From a virus (lineage: Duplodnaviria; Caudoviricetes): a DNA stretch of 64,000 bases. The notes beneath the pieces are model-generated. The model had not been told where the DNA came from. It searched no databases and saw only the letters and a list, made by a program, of their open reading frames with translations. Made by a program: the position numbers and the translations under genes. Positions 44,643-56,300 of this stretch are shown one piece after another. Numbering within the stretch: position 1 is the stretch's first letter; every line of letters begins with the position of its first letter. The DNA lies in the IMG/VR virus record IMGVR_UViG_2030936005_000025, positions 192,001 through 256,000 of that record; one strand, 5' to 3'.

Positions 44643-46159
44643 TAGACTTTAAGCAGTCGCTTGATAATGACTTGATCGATTGCCAGAGACAACGCTTTAC
44701 GCTGCTGTTCAATTGTACTTGCCGGGTTCTTGGCATTGATCACCAGAATCTCCTGAGCCAGAGGACAATCAAACGCGTCAGCCAGTACTGCTGCCAGAAC
44801 GGTATTCATCAGTGAGTTGTTCTCACGGACGATTGCATCTAGCATCGCTGTGTTGTTGAAGAACACATTCAGGTCAACCTGCTGAGTCACACGAGCCAGA
44901 ACACGCTGACTCATTGGAATGTTTTCTTCCATGGTTTCCAGCAGTGGTTTGAACTCTTCTTTACCCGCCAGTGTTTCCAGAACCTGTGCAAAGATCTTGC
45001 GAGCCATTGCACCTTTGTTCGCCATCAGCGCAACAGTCACATCGTTCTGATATTCACGCCAGGCTTCCACCACGGTGTCTTTATCAGTGATGATGTCTTT
45101 AACGCGATATTCACGGAACTTGGCATACACAAAGCCCATCACGTATTCAGACAGGGACAGCTGATCTGAATCCGCAAACATGGTCAGCACTGCGTTGTTG
45201 TAACCAATGGTCAATGGACCTTGGAGAACAGGCAGAGAACCGGTGGTAGAATCACCCAGTGGTTTGTACTGAACCTGGTTATCGATTACGATAATACCGG
45301 CGGTTGCTTTCTGTTCCCAGATCAGTTTGAAATGCCAGAGCATAGTGCCAAACAGATCACGAGTCAGACGCAGAGAGTTACGGTAGTCATCAAGACCAAT
45401 GCCAGTAACGCCGTCAAGTGGATCATCCATTGAAGTCAGTTTGTTCAGAATCAAGGTTGCAATAACCAGAGTACGGAACGCACTGAAACGATAGTTCAAT
45501 GGAGAAGCGATGTTCGCTACACCGTCAGTGACAGTGTTCGGGCTGAACACAGAGAAGAAGAATTTGTCTACAAACAGAGAGCTGTAGATACGTTCAACTT
45601 CAGCCGGGTCAGTGAAGAACTGTTGCAGATCAGGAACATCAACCGCAATCATGTCAACCAGATCAGTACCGGACATCTGCGGGTAAGTACCCTGAAGCAG
45701 CTCACTCAGACGGATGGTCTGAATGTCACGGAAAGCCGGAGCCGGTTCCTGAGGGTAGAAGTAGGAGTTCATAAACGCAGGTTCTACGTTTACCATTTCC
45801 AGCTGCACATTGCTCAGGATGGTCTCAACCGCAGAGTCAGCTGAGATAGAACCACGCAGGCGATCTTCGGTTTCAGCCAGGATAGGCTTGATGTTGCGAG
45901 AGATCACATACAGCGCACCACGGATTGAATCAGCAACAATGGTAGTTGCCGCATCCATCACTTCAGTGTGATCAGGAACCAGTGCAGTGTAATCAGGCAG
46001 TTCAACCGCAATGTTGTCAGGGGTAAAGCTCACAATGCTTGCGGTAGTTTCATCCAGACCTTTGATGATGTCGCCAGAAATGTCATGCAGGTTCAGACCT
46101 TTCTCAGTCGCTAACTGCGCCAGCGGCGTCGCCATCAATACAGTTTGTTGCTTAATCAT
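44642..46159 (-). CDS. virion head-associated protein (SPN3US gp243-like)
   Basis: 505 aa; synteny only. Confidence 0.45.
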   Translation of the reverse strand: MIKQQTVLMATPLAQLATEKGLNLHDISGDIIKGLDETTASIVSFTPDNIAVELPDYTALVPDHTEVMDAATTIVADSIRGALYVISRNIKPILAETEDRLRGSISADSAVETILSNVQLEMVNVEPAFMNSYFYPQEPAPAFRDIQTIRLSELLQGTYPQMSGTDLVDMIAVDVPDLQQFFTDPAEVERIYSSLFVDKFFFSVFSPNTVTDGVANIASPLNYRFSAFRTLVIATLILNKLTSMDDPLDGVTGIGLDDYRNSLRLTRDLFGTMLWHFKLIWEQKATAGIIVIDNQVQYKPLGDSTTGSLPVLQGPLTIGYNNAVLTMFADSDQLSLSEYVMGFVYAKFREYRVKDIITDKDTVVEAWREYQNDVTVALMANKGAMARKIFAQVLETLAGKEEFKPLLETMEENIPMSQRVLARVTQQVDLNVFFNNTAMLDAIVRENNSLMNTVLAAVLADAFDCPLAQEILVINAKNPASTIEQQRKALSLAIDQVIIKRLLKV

Positions 46160-46343
46160 TATTAACAGCTCCTGTAATGATTTCTTTCACGGCGCGAGAG
46201 GTAACCTCATTCTGGGTATCCGCATCAAGCGGTGCCTGGAATTCATAACCTACTTTTTCTTTTACCTTACCGACGAACTCAAAGATATTCGATACGGTAA
46301 TGATATTGTCTACGGCAAGCTTAGACATAATCTTTCCTTTAAG

Positions 46344-47330
46344 TTAAATGAGACCAAATGCTGTTTTAGCAATACCCAGCATTTTCACCCGGTCTGCCAT
46401 CCCATTAGGTTCGAGATCGCGTTTAGGGTAATATGGTTTAGCCTGTTTAGCCCAGCCATTGACGTAGACGGAAACCCAGAAGATATCATCTTTATCAGCA
46501 GTTGCATTGAGCTTCGGCTTAATGTATCCCCAGAAATAACCGGAGGCCAATGCTGAGTAAAGTGGATTGTTCGCAACCTGAGCTGCCGCGGCAGGAGAGG
46601 ATGTGATATCAATGGTATCGTCATTCAAGTGCTGACGCAGAAACTCTTGGCATTTCAAATAATTCAGACGGCCCGTTAATTGTAACCAGCCACGCCCTTT
46701 GAAAAGCTTACCATCACCGGGTTGGGTATTGCCTAAATCAGCACGACCTTCATAAGCTGACCCACTTGCAATCTCTTCACTGTAATTAAAGAAAGCCGTT
46801 TCATGCAGAATCTGTGCCATGAAATGTGCCTTACGTAAACCAGTGGTAATGTCAAACAACGTCATGCATTTGTTCAGGGGATCAATGATGGATGCGATTT
46901 TACCCCAGACTGATTGCGGAAGCATTGCCTTGAGCTGATCTTCATTGACGTGTGGCGGAACTACGGTAGCCGGTTGTAGCGGAAGCATGGTCTCTCCATT
47001 GGGGCTTTTAAGTGTTTTCGAGTAAGCGGAGCAGAGGGCGTTAAAAGCACCTTGAGAAGAAGTACCCCACTTACCGTCAATAGTAACGGTATACAAACCA
47101 GCACGAGCAAGAGCAGTTTGAATGAAGGTAAATACGGATTCAGCTTCATAAGTATTTCCGGGAAGGGTTTTCGTTCCAATAACCGGGAACGCTTTGTTCA
47201 TCATCGTAATTACAGCTGTCCGACAAAGATCTCCAAAGAGGCCGTCGATACGGCCTCTATAGAGTGATAAATTTGCCAGCGAAGTCTGAATTGATTTGAT
47301 GATCGTTTCATTCTTAGCGCTGTTAGCCAT
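46344..47330 (-). CDS. modular endolysin: two peptidoglycan-binding repeats plus GH19 glycosidase
   Basis: IQTSLANLSLYRGRIDGLFG and IQTALARAGLYTVTIDGKWG repeats; HFMAQILHET, YEGRADLGN, FKGRGWLQLTGRLNY. Confidence 0.88.
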   Translation of the reverse strand: MANSAKNETIIKSIQTSLANLSLYRGRIDGLFGDLCRTAVITMMNKAFPVIGTKTLPGNTYEAESVFTFIQTALARAGLYTVTIDGKWGTSSQGAFNALCSAYSKTLKSPNGETMLPLQPATVVPPHVNEDQLKAMLPQSVWGKIASIIDPLNKCMTLFDITTGLRKAHFMAQILHETAFFNYSEEIASGSAYEGRADLGNTQPGDGKLFKGRGWLQLTGRLNYLKCQEFLRQHLNDDTIDITSSPAAAAQVANNPLYSALASGYFWGYIKPKLNATADKDDIFWVSVYVNGWAKQAKPYYPKRDLEPNGMADRVKMLGIAKTAFGLI

Positions 47331-50300
47331 TTAGTACCTGCCGTATTTGGAGATCATGCGATTGGTGTAAACGTTGTTGATTTCGTTAGCGACTAACTTA
47401 TCACGCAAGCTTAATACCATTCGGTTCAGCAATGACTTCAATGAGAAGATGATATCAACAGGGCGACCATCCACCGTGTAGATTGGATTTTCGTAGATAA
47501 AGCCAACCGTACCTTTCATCTGGTTCCCTACTACAAACTTATCCGCAGTAGTGGTTTTGATCTTGTTGTCGATATAGATAAGGACAACAGCAGTGTCAGG
47601 ATACAGCTTGCTCTTACCAACCGAGGTGTTACCACCCACGTTACCTGTTGGAGCCGTCATCTGTTTATAGGAAGCAATCTTCCCACGCACAGCATCTTGC
47701 TTCTTGATAAAGGCACGGAGACTTTCATCCCAACCTTCTGGATCACCGTTATAGACCACATCGATCTTGGTAATCTTACCAGACTGTTTTGCCTTAATCT
47801 GTTTGATACCTAAACGATCTAGGCCAGCAAACTCTTGTGCATCTTCAAAATCGAATGCCGCTGATTCAGGGTTCTGAATATCACACAGAACTTGGTCGTA
47901 CTCAACTTCATCACCCACTTTGACATGCAGTTTGATTGACTGATTCGCATCAACAGTAAACTCATTCGGTTTAACGAACGGAGATGTAGATGCATCAGCA
48001 AACCCTTTCACGATTCCAATGGAGTCCTCAAAGGTAAACTGGTCTTCAAAGAGTGCGATACGAGCATTACCACCTGACATCCAAACAACACGGGTATTGT
48101 CAACAGGGTCACGTGCAAAGAACATCTTATCGAACGCCAGGATCTCACCTGCCTGGAATTCATAACCCACCGCACGATCTGTGATCTTTAAGTGTTTATG
48201 ATATTCACCCGCACCTTTACCGATTTCGTATCCCAGTGGGAACTTGTCAGTAGAACCGTCGTCATACTCCACGACCATGCCGTAATCAGTAACTTCAGTC
48301 ACCTTACCGGCTTTCTTGGCAATAGAGGAATAGAGCTCAGAGGTACGATAAGCAAGCATTGAGTCATAAGACGTACGCAGTGGGTTCATTGCGTAGTTAT
48401 CTGCTGCCATTACCTGAGACTGCTGCACACCGGAGAACAGAGTACGTTTGGTATCGTCCTTTGTTGTTCCGTACAGCAAATTCATCACGACAGAACCACG
48501 ACCCGCATTGGTGCCTTTCTCTTTGACATTCACGTTACCGTAAAGGTCAGTGATCTTGGCATCCGCTGTGAGGTAACCGATGAAGCCAACTTTACCGGAG
48601 TCCTTACCTGCTTCTGAAACCACACCCGCATAGTTAGGCAGCTGACCACGAGTACGGCGAACCATCGCCTGGTCAGAACGACCCAACGTACCACCAAAGG
48701 TATATTCCTCTTGGGACTTCACCTGGTGAACCGGGTTAACTTCTTCAGCAGCCTGACATGAGGAGTCTGTAATAATGTTCATCATCACAGCTTCTGGGTT
48801 CAGGTCAAAGGTCTTCTTACCGTTGTTCGGTTTGTTACGATACTGACGTGTTGCTTTAACAAGCTCACGATAAACGTGACCGGCAAAACGTTCGTAACCC
48901 ACAAAGCGCTGTTCCGTGATTTCGATCTCGTGTTGAGCTTCGTTATTGAGCATCAGCTTAACAGCTTCAATCAACAACTTGTCCATCACAACAGGATACT
49001 TAAACTTCTTCAGCAAACGCATGGTGATGGGGTCAATGAACATGTCGAAGATCATACTCATCTCTTTAAAGTGAGATGGCTTGACACGTGGATCTTGAAC
49101 CAAGCTGAACCAGACGTTAGGGTTATCCAAATCAGAACGTGCAAAGTTCGTTAAGCCTGTGAGCTTACGCAAACCTGACATCACTAATGTGGCCAACTCA
49201 TCACGACGGTTAAACACCAGACGTTCATCAGCGAAGGCGACCATGTACTCATCGGCACTCAGTTGTGCACGAGTATCAGGATCCAGCGTACGGTATTGTA
49301 CCTTCAACATCTTCATGACTTCAGACAAGCCAATCCAATATGACAGCACAACGACCACAGGGAAACGATAACCGTTGATGTTTACTGTCGCAGTTGGTAC
49401 CGGAGCTTTGGCAACGTTCAGTCCCAAGATTTCCTCGATATAACCCCGCTCAGACCCATCTACTGTCACCAGTCCTGTTGAATCGATCAGGATTGGAGAG
49501 TCACCCTGGAAACCAATCAACCAACTGTCCGCATTACAGAGTTTCGCTAACTCACGCTTCCCGTCAACCAACTTCACGGTATCAAAGTCAAAGGTATATT
49601 CAGGCGTGCTGATTTCTTTAAAGCGAGAAGCCAGGATGCTGTAATAATAACAGACCTCGCTCTTAGGTGGTTTGTTACCACCCAGACTTACACGGATAGA
49701 TTTATCCACGTAAGACTTCTCGATGATCGACTTACGCAACCAAGACGCATAATCATCCACTTTCATTGTAGAACGTTCCACCATGACTTTCTTGTCATAA
49801 TAAGACGTCAATGAAACTTTGGTTGGACTGATCTTACGGATTGGCAATTCCATACGCATCAACTGAGCATATGAACGCACACCGTTAATGGTGAAGGTTC
49901 CGTCTGACTCAACTTTTGGAATACGCATACGACGGGTAGATGGACTACCTTTAATCGGCTGGAACTTCATGGTATAAACATCATACTTGGAGTCAGCTGT
50001 GATAATCGATTCGCGATCCAAACCAGTTAATGCAGTTTTACCGTTCTGGACGTGTAACACCATTTCCATGATGTTGCGTTCCAGTAAACCTGAGGTGATG
50101 TATTCAGTACGAAGTTCTTCAGTACGTGAACGCAGCACAGACTTGTCACGAATAACGATACTGTCAGGTGACAGGTCTTCGTTCTTCAGCGCCATGTTCT
50201 CAGGTTTGATATCTGCAATCTCTTCAAGAGAGTAACCACCAATATCGATATCACGATATGAGTTAGCCGCATTCATGAAGTACTCAGCTTCACGTGTGGT

Positions 50301-51695
50301 AATCTGACCAGTCTTAGCCAGCTCACGCAATTCACGTTCAATTGCTGAAGTCGGTGACGCAGCAGCGGTTGGTGTAATCGTTGCCGATTCTACCGTTACG
50401 CGCTCAAATACATCATCGGCGATATCTTGTCCCCACTGGTCCGCGCCAGATATATCTCCTTCTTCCTCCTCGAGTCCATCTGGAGTAGTGATATATGTCT
50501 CAGGATTAGACGCTTCTCCCTGACTTCCGACGGGGTGAACTGGTACATCAGGAGTTCTCTTAGGGCTGGCGTAAAGATCAGCGAGAGAACTAGGCCCACG
50601 ATTATCATCCATAGTGGGATCGACGCTAGGAATCCTTTCGGACGCTTGCTCATGTGTTTTGGTTCCGGATAATGGCGCTCCGCTATTACCTTCATCCTCT
50701 TCTGAAGGGCTTTCCGTTTCCGCTTCATTAGTGATAGTCGTCTCATTAACAGGAGAAACAAGACTAATAAGATTAAGATAAAAACGTTTAAAGTAATTAA
50801 TCTTAAGTGAACTTGGTTTATCATCAGTAGGTTTATCTGAATAAGCCATAAGGTTGATCAAGTTCTGGAGATTCACAATCCAACATGTGCCGTTGTAAGT
50901 GAAGATCAACTCTAACTGACGTTTTGAGTCGTCGTTCAAACGGTTAAACAGGGAGTACTGTTTATCATCAAAACCCATTAAGATCGCGTAGAGGTCAAGC
51001 AGCCAGAATGATTGCTCAGCCTGGAAGTGACGCAGTGGCCTTTTATCGTACTTAACAATCTGCCCATCAGCGTTGAAGAAATTCTTATATTGGTTGAAAG
51101 CCAATTCGAGTTCTTTATATGTGGGGAAAGTACGAGGCAAAGGCATTTCGACAAACTGATGTTTGTCAAACTTACTGAACTCATTGATAGAGTCCATTAA
51201 GGTATAGCGGGTGTTGTAGCTTTGCTGGAAAGGTGTGAACACCGTTCGGCGGTTATAGACAATAGGAATCTGTCCAATCGCCAAGTCGTTCACCAAGAGT
51301 TCACCTTCTTTGCCAATCACACTCGGATAGTTTCGAGTGCGCTGATACATGAAGTGTGAACTTTCATACGCTTTGATAATCGAACTTAACTGAACTTGAA
51401 CGTTACGGATAGTTCCGAGGACCACTTCATAGTTCGGGTTAAAGAAGATATTGATGCGCTTATCATAATTGCTAATAAAAGGTGCAGTGTTACTTGGACC
51501 CACTTCACCTGGATGATGTTGCTGGTAATGAATGAGCGAGTTACGTGGAAGCATGATATCCCCGATCGGTGTATACCGGGGATTGGTGATATCGTTAATC
51601 TTTTCACGCGTACCGAAAAGACGAACAAACATGCTGTACTGTAACGCCTCATTCCCTGCAACTGCAAACAAGTTTAAGGGAATGTGTTTCGACAT
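47331..51695 (-). CDS. rpoB: virion RNA polymerase beta subunit, large part (phiKZ gp178-like)
   Basis: 1454 aa; EAGKDSGKVG, QQSQ, GNQMKG, KSLLNRM beta-type motifs; adjacent to the beta' gene. Confidence 0.88.
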   Translation of the reverse strand: MSKHIPLNLFAVAGNEALQYSMFVRLFGTREKINDITNPRYTPIGDIMLPRNSLIHYQQHHPGEVGPSNTAPFISNYDKRINIFFNPNYEVVLGTIRNVQVQLSSIIKAYESSHFMYQRTRNYPSVIGKEGELLVNDLAIGQIPIVYNRRTVFTPFQQSYNTRYTLMDSINEFSKFDKHQFVEMPLPRTFPTYKELELAFNQYKNFFNADGQIVKYDKRPLRHFQAEQSFWLLDLYAILMGFDDKQYSLFNRLNDDSKRQLELIFTYNGTCWIVNLQNLINLMAYSDKPTDDKPSSLKINYFKRFYLNLISLVSPVNETTITNEAETESPSEEDEGNSGAPLSGTKTHEQASERIPSVDPTMDDNRGPSSLADLYASPKRTPDVPVHPVGSQGEASNPETYITTPDGLEEEEGDISGADQWGQDIADDVFERVTVESATITPTAAASPTSAIERELRELAKTGQITTREAEYFMNAANSYRDIDIGGYSLEEIADIKPENMALKNEDLSPDSIVIRDKSVLRSRTEELRTEYITSGLLERNIMEMVLHVQNGKTALTGLDRESIITADSKYDVYTMKFQPIKGSPSTRRMRIPKVESDGTFTINGVRSYAQLMRMELPIRKISPTKVSLTSYYDKKVMVERSTMKVDDYASWLRKSIIEKSYVDKSIRVSLGGNKPPKSEVCYYYSILASRFKEISTPEYTFDFDTVKLVDGKRELAKLCNADSWLIGFQGDSPILIDSTGLVTVDGSERGYIEEILGLNVAKAPVPTATVNINGYRFPVVVVLSYWIGLSEVMKMLKVQYRTLDPDTRAQLSADEYMVAFADERLVFNRRDELATLVMSGLRKLTGLTNFARSDLDNPNVWFSLVQDPRVKPSHFKEMSMIFDMFIDPITMRLLKKFKYPVVMDKLLIEAVKLMLNNEAQHEIEITEQRFVGYERFAGHVYRELVKATRQYRNKPNNGKKTFDLNPEAVMMNIITDSSCQAAEEVNPVHQVKSQEEYTFGGTLGRSDQAMVRRTRGQLPNYAGVVSEAGKDSGKVGFIGYLTADAKITDLYGNVNVKEKGTNAGRGSVVMNLLYGTTKDDTKRTLFSGVQQSQVMAADNYAMNPLRTSYDSMLAYRTSELYSSIAKKAGKVTEVTDYGMVVEYDDGSTDKFPLGYEIGKGAGEYHKHLKITDRAVGYEFQAGEILAFDKMFFARDPVDNTRVVWMSGGNARIALFEDQFTFEDSIGIVKGFADASTSPFVKPNEFTVDANQSIKLHVKVGDEVEYDQVLCDIQNPESAAFDFEDAQEFAGLDRLGIKQIKAKQSGKITKIDVVYNGDPEGWDESLRAFIKKQDAVRGKIASYKQMTAPTGNVGGNTSVGKSKLYPDTAVVLIYIDNKIKTTTADKFVVGNQMKGTVGFIYENPIYTVDGRPVDIIFSLKSLLNRMVLSLRDKLVANEINNVYTNRMISKYGRY

Positions 51696-53326
51696 TATGC
51701 TAATCCGTTTGTTAATGAACGTAAAAGGAATTCATGCGGTTCTTGCACCGGGTCGTATAAGAAGTCACCGGAACCTGAAATATAGAAGTCACGTTTGCCA
51801 AACAACGCTTCAACTTCACGAATGGAGTCTTCTGCCATAATAGAGTTAGCCGACAGGGCATCACCATCGAAGTCAGCACCTGCCAATCCAATACGAATGT
51901 TCGCAATCGACATACCGTCAAAGTAACTTGGGTTCTTCGTATAAGCAGGGAAGTAATTGTACTTGGTAATTACCGTCTGTCCATCCAGATCTAACAAGCT
52001 ACGCTCGCTTGATGTCGAGTTGGTTGGCATGACGAAGACACGACTTGGATATATCGAACCTATCCCAGTAATTGGGTATCGAGTAACCTGCAACATTTTC
52101 TTCTCAATTTCTGGTACGCATTGCATATAGAAGAATTGAGTATAGGTTACCGGACGAACCAGTTTGCGATCCATTCCCTCTGGCAGGTCATCGATATCGT
52201 GCAAGAGCATCACGTTCTTGCCATCATCGTAAACCAGGCCCAGATAGTGACCCGCTACTTTAATGTCGCGGTTACGCAGGTTAGGCGAACCATAACCATT
52301 GAACAGGGAAGTTAAGCCATCACTCGAGGTGAACTTATCCACCACAGTAGGACCGACTTCCACATAGACTGCATTCAGTGTCTTTGGATCAACCAGACGT
52401 GCCGTTCCCAAACCTGAGGTGAAGACTTCATTCAAGAAGCCATTGGTCAGTTGGTGAATAGCGACAAGGTTAAAGCCCAGGAGAGCCTGGAACAAACCAA
52501 TGATGGTTGAGTTAGGATCACCAGTGACATTATTGTCACAGTCCTCTACAGACACTTTACGCGAGGTAATAACGTTACGCGTTGCACCGAAGATAGCACG
52601 ACGTGACATGCGGCGTTGCATAAAGCCACGCTTACCTTCTTGCATATTAAAGAAGAAGTCCGCAATGTTGTTGAAGCTTTCCTGCAAGCCCCAGCGAATG
52701 CTATCGTAAACCGGATCACCTAAATCAATGTTCTTGATGTTCAGAGACTTGCTACGGAAAATCAATTTACGATAGAGGTCGTTGACTTCATTTTCAGTCA
52801 CCACACTACCGGTTCCATTCGGGGTAAATTCGATATCACGAATACCCGCTGGAATAACGATCACATTGCTCGATAATGCTTGTTGTTTAAATTTATTGAC
52901 AAGGTCGATCTTCTGTTTACGTTTGAAAGATTCGTTTTGCTTGGGATCTAATTCATAGAAGTGTTGCATGAAAAAGGCAAAACCTGTTTCACCTTCGATG
53001 AGGTTGGATTTTATGAAATCCTTCTCAACCGGATCCCAAGTCGCATAAGCGCGACCTTTAATGATTTCACCGTACAGACTCTTTAATTGAATCAGTGCTT
53101 TGAAATAGGTCGGGTTAAAAATAGGTAGCGTGACATCAATATAAGAAATCGTTGTATCACGTTCAGCGGTTCCCACACGACCAAAGATTTCGGTCGAATA
53201 AAGTCCCTGGTCATTTAAGTTGTTGGTTTGGCCTTCAAAGGCATCCGCAACCGTAACTGGCTTCATCAAAGCCCAAGGTACTTTATTGGGATCCAACAAA
53301 GAAAAGTTAGTAGGGTTTCTGCTCAT
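51695..53326 (-). CDS. rpoC: virion RNA polymerase beta' subunit, catalytic fragment (phiKZ gp180-like)
   Basis: GLYSTEIFG, EGKRGFMQ, TRYP and catalytic GADFDGD. Confidence 0.9.
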   Translation of the reverse strand: MSRNPTNFSLLDPNKVPWALMKPVTVADAFEGQTNNLNDQGLYSTEIFGRVGTAERDTTISYIDVTLPIFNPTYFKALIQLKSLYGEIIKGRAYATWDPVEKDFIKSNLIEGETGFAFFMQHFYELDPKQNESFKRKQKIDLVNKFKQQALSSNVIVIPAGIRDIEFTPNGTGSVVTENEVNDLYRKLIFRSKSLNIKNIDLGDPVYDSIRWGLQESFNNIADFFFNMQEGKRGFMQRRMSRRAIFGATRNVITSRKVSVEDCDNNVTGDPNSTIIGLFQALLGFNLVAIHQLTNGFLNEVFTSGLGTARLVDPKTLNAVYVEVGPTVVDKFTSSDGLTSLFNGYGSPNLRNRDIKVAGHYLGLVYDDGKNVMLLHDIDDLPEGMDRKLVRPVTYTQFFYMQCVPEIEKKMLQVTRYPITGIGSIYPSRVFVMPTNSTSSERSLLDLDGQTVITKYNYFPAYTKNPSYFDGMSIANIRIGLAGADFDGDALSANSIMAEDSIREVEALFGKRDFYISGSGDFLYDPVQEPHEFLLRSLTNGLA

Positions 53327-53352
53327 TACTGAGTTATCCTAAAGAGGTAAGT

Positions 53353-56300
53353 ATGGCCGATGATTACGATATCGATTGGGGTGATGACCCCTTCGGTGGC
53401 GATATGGACTTTGACATGGATTTCGATATGGATCCATTCAAAGGAAAAGGTTTCGTAAGGTCGTTCGCAACGGGATTCTTATCAGGTCTGGTTGACGAGA
53501 CCGTCGGTAGTGACGCTGCTCGCTTTAGAACCATGCGTACAATTCTGCCTTCTACTTTCAGTAACGCACTCGACAAAGCGGCCTTCATGAAGGACCGTTT
53601 AAACGAATTAGCTACTGAGTTTAAAGAAGAGAACTACGAATCTGCGAAATCCTTGCAAAACATTGCTTCCCATCTAAATCAGAAGATGGGCGAAAAACTT
53701 CCCGGTTTTGTGGGCAGTGGATTAGCGAATTTCAGTTCTAAAGATTTCTCGCTATGGGAAAAAGCGGAAACGCGCTCCGACAATTTTAACGAACGTGTTG
53801 ACAGTACAACTGAGGATGACATTGAAGGTGCCATTAACACCGCAACGAACTCACAGGCTGGTATGTTCGCATCCCTGGGTGAAACACTCAATGGAATGAC
53901 CGTGGCCGCTACAAGCGCGCTACAGTCCTCTATTGGGGCGGGTAATCGACAGCTTGTTAATATTGAAAGCGCATTGCGTGATCAACTTCATTGGCAGCGT
54001 AACGTCGATGCTCGCATTCAACAAGCCCAACTGAACTTAGCCGCACGTTCTTATGTGAACAATGCCAAGTTCTATAAGTTCATGGAAGCCGGCATTCATG
54101 CCGAGATTAGAGAACTGAAGAAGATCACAAAGTACACCGGTATGAGTGATTATGAAAAGACCAGTACTCTGACTGCTTCTAAAGCTTATATGCGTAACCG
54201 TGTGTTCAGTACGGTTGGTAAACGCATGGGTGGCTTAACTGGGTTGTTCCGTGACAAGTTCAGTAAAGACAATCGTACCGAAGCGTATGGTGTGGTTGGA
54301 AACTTACTGGGTAGCATCAGTGACGGATTAGAGATGGCCGGTGACGGGGGTATCTCCCGTGGTATGCTGGGTGACATCATCGGTAAGATGGTTGCAGGTG
54401 TGGCTGTTGAACAAATGCCTGCGTTCTTTACTCGAGGTCCGGGTAAGAAAGCCGTTGACAAGATGATGAAGAATTATCCTGAGCAAGCTGGCTATATAAA
54501 GGAACAGATCGACAAACTCACTGACCTGGGTAACGTTATTTCTTATGCGTCAACGTCCGGTACTGGAATGTTGAACTACATGGTTCAGAACTATCAAGCC
54601 ATGGATGAAATGAAGTATGTCGATTATGATCATTACCTGAGTGAATTACCACCGGGTAAGAAGCCATTGCCGAAAGCCGCTTGGACCGCATTGAACGCAG
54701 CGAGTAACCGTGGTAAAGAAGCCATCAACAAACTGATGGGTGACACAACCAAGACTCGCGGTACTCAGTATCAGATCAAACGCAAGAATGTGAAAGATCT
54801 TAACCAGCCTGGAATCTGGAAAGAGATTAACAACATTACCTTGAACGAAGTTCTTCCTGGATTGATTTCCAAGACGAACCAACTTCTTGAACAAATGCGT
54901 ACCGGTAAAGATGATGTTGAGGCAGTCAACTATAACTATATGCGCGGTGAGTTCCAAACGGATTCTCAACGTCGTATCTCAGTTCAAGCTGACTTAATGC
55001 CACATGGCGAATTCCAACGTTATGCACAAGCTTCATTGGCACTGGTTGATTCTGTTGACCCAGACAAACTGTTGTCTCCGTCTACCCGCAAAGCTTTCGC
55101 TCAGCAGGTTGCTAAAGATATCGATTCAGAGATGGGGTTCAACCCGTACTACTATCTCGGTGACATTCAAGGTATGAGTCCTTCTGCACAGAAGGAAGTT
55201 CACGCTGTACTGATGCGTCACTTCGGTATCCAGACTCAGGATGTCCAACAGTTCAACAGCTCTGACAGTTTCCAACGCATGAAGCAGATGTCCAAGATGC
55301 CAACGAAAGAAGGCCGTGAACGTCTGAACAGTGTATCTGCTGCAGCTGAGAACCTGAAGTCCAATTTCCCGAACGTAGCGGAACGTATTGACTTACTTCG
55401 CTCAACGGGCAATGAACAGATGTTGCGTGACCTCGGTGTGATCTATACCGACAACGGGATTGATAAGATCAATATCCAAGCTTTCCATGATCGTATTGGT
55501 CAGTATATGGATGATCCGAACAATCCGGTCTTACGTGGTGTCTCCCCAGGTTCTGAGAAGAGGTCTCCGACCAAAGGTGGTTTCCGTAACATCGGTAACG
55601 CCGGTCCAACATTTAACCCAATGGAAGGTTTGAATGAAACTCTTCAGCAGCTCAATGAACATCTGAGTAAGAGAGATCCGGTCTCCGAACAACCGATTCC
55701 GGCGGCAAGTACAGGTACAGTTAACTTTGATTCAATCACCGGAGTACTGACTGACATCAAAGACAGTAACTCTGGGATATTCACCAGTAACAGGAATATC
55801 GAAGCACTGTTGACCAGCATGTTGGATTTAGCCAAAGCCGGTAAGTTAATGACCGGTGCGCCTGCTACTGCTACTGAAGCTCGCCAAGAAGAAACAGCCA
55901 AGAAGTCATTCTTGGACAAGATCAAAGGTTCACTTCCAACTGGAATGATGGGCAAGGGGATGGACTTCATTATGAGTCGCAACCCAATGGTCTTAGGCGG
56001 GATATTAGGTGCAGTGGGTGCAGCAGCAACCAGTAAGAACTTCTTGCTCTCTGGTGCGATTGCAGCAGCAGGATTGGGGTTAGGTGCTGCGGTTGATTAT
56101 TACCGTAAAAGGAATGCGGCAGGTGGTGCTGAAACTGGTAGCGCGCCAAGTGACGATGAAGATATCCTGGATGAGAAAGGCGAACCAATTCTCAAGGCCG
56201 CCAAACTCAAAGCCGGTGAATATCTCGATGCTGCTACCAAGCGCGTCATCAAAACTTGGAATGACATTCGTGGTCCAATCTTCGATGTGACTTCTCGTGC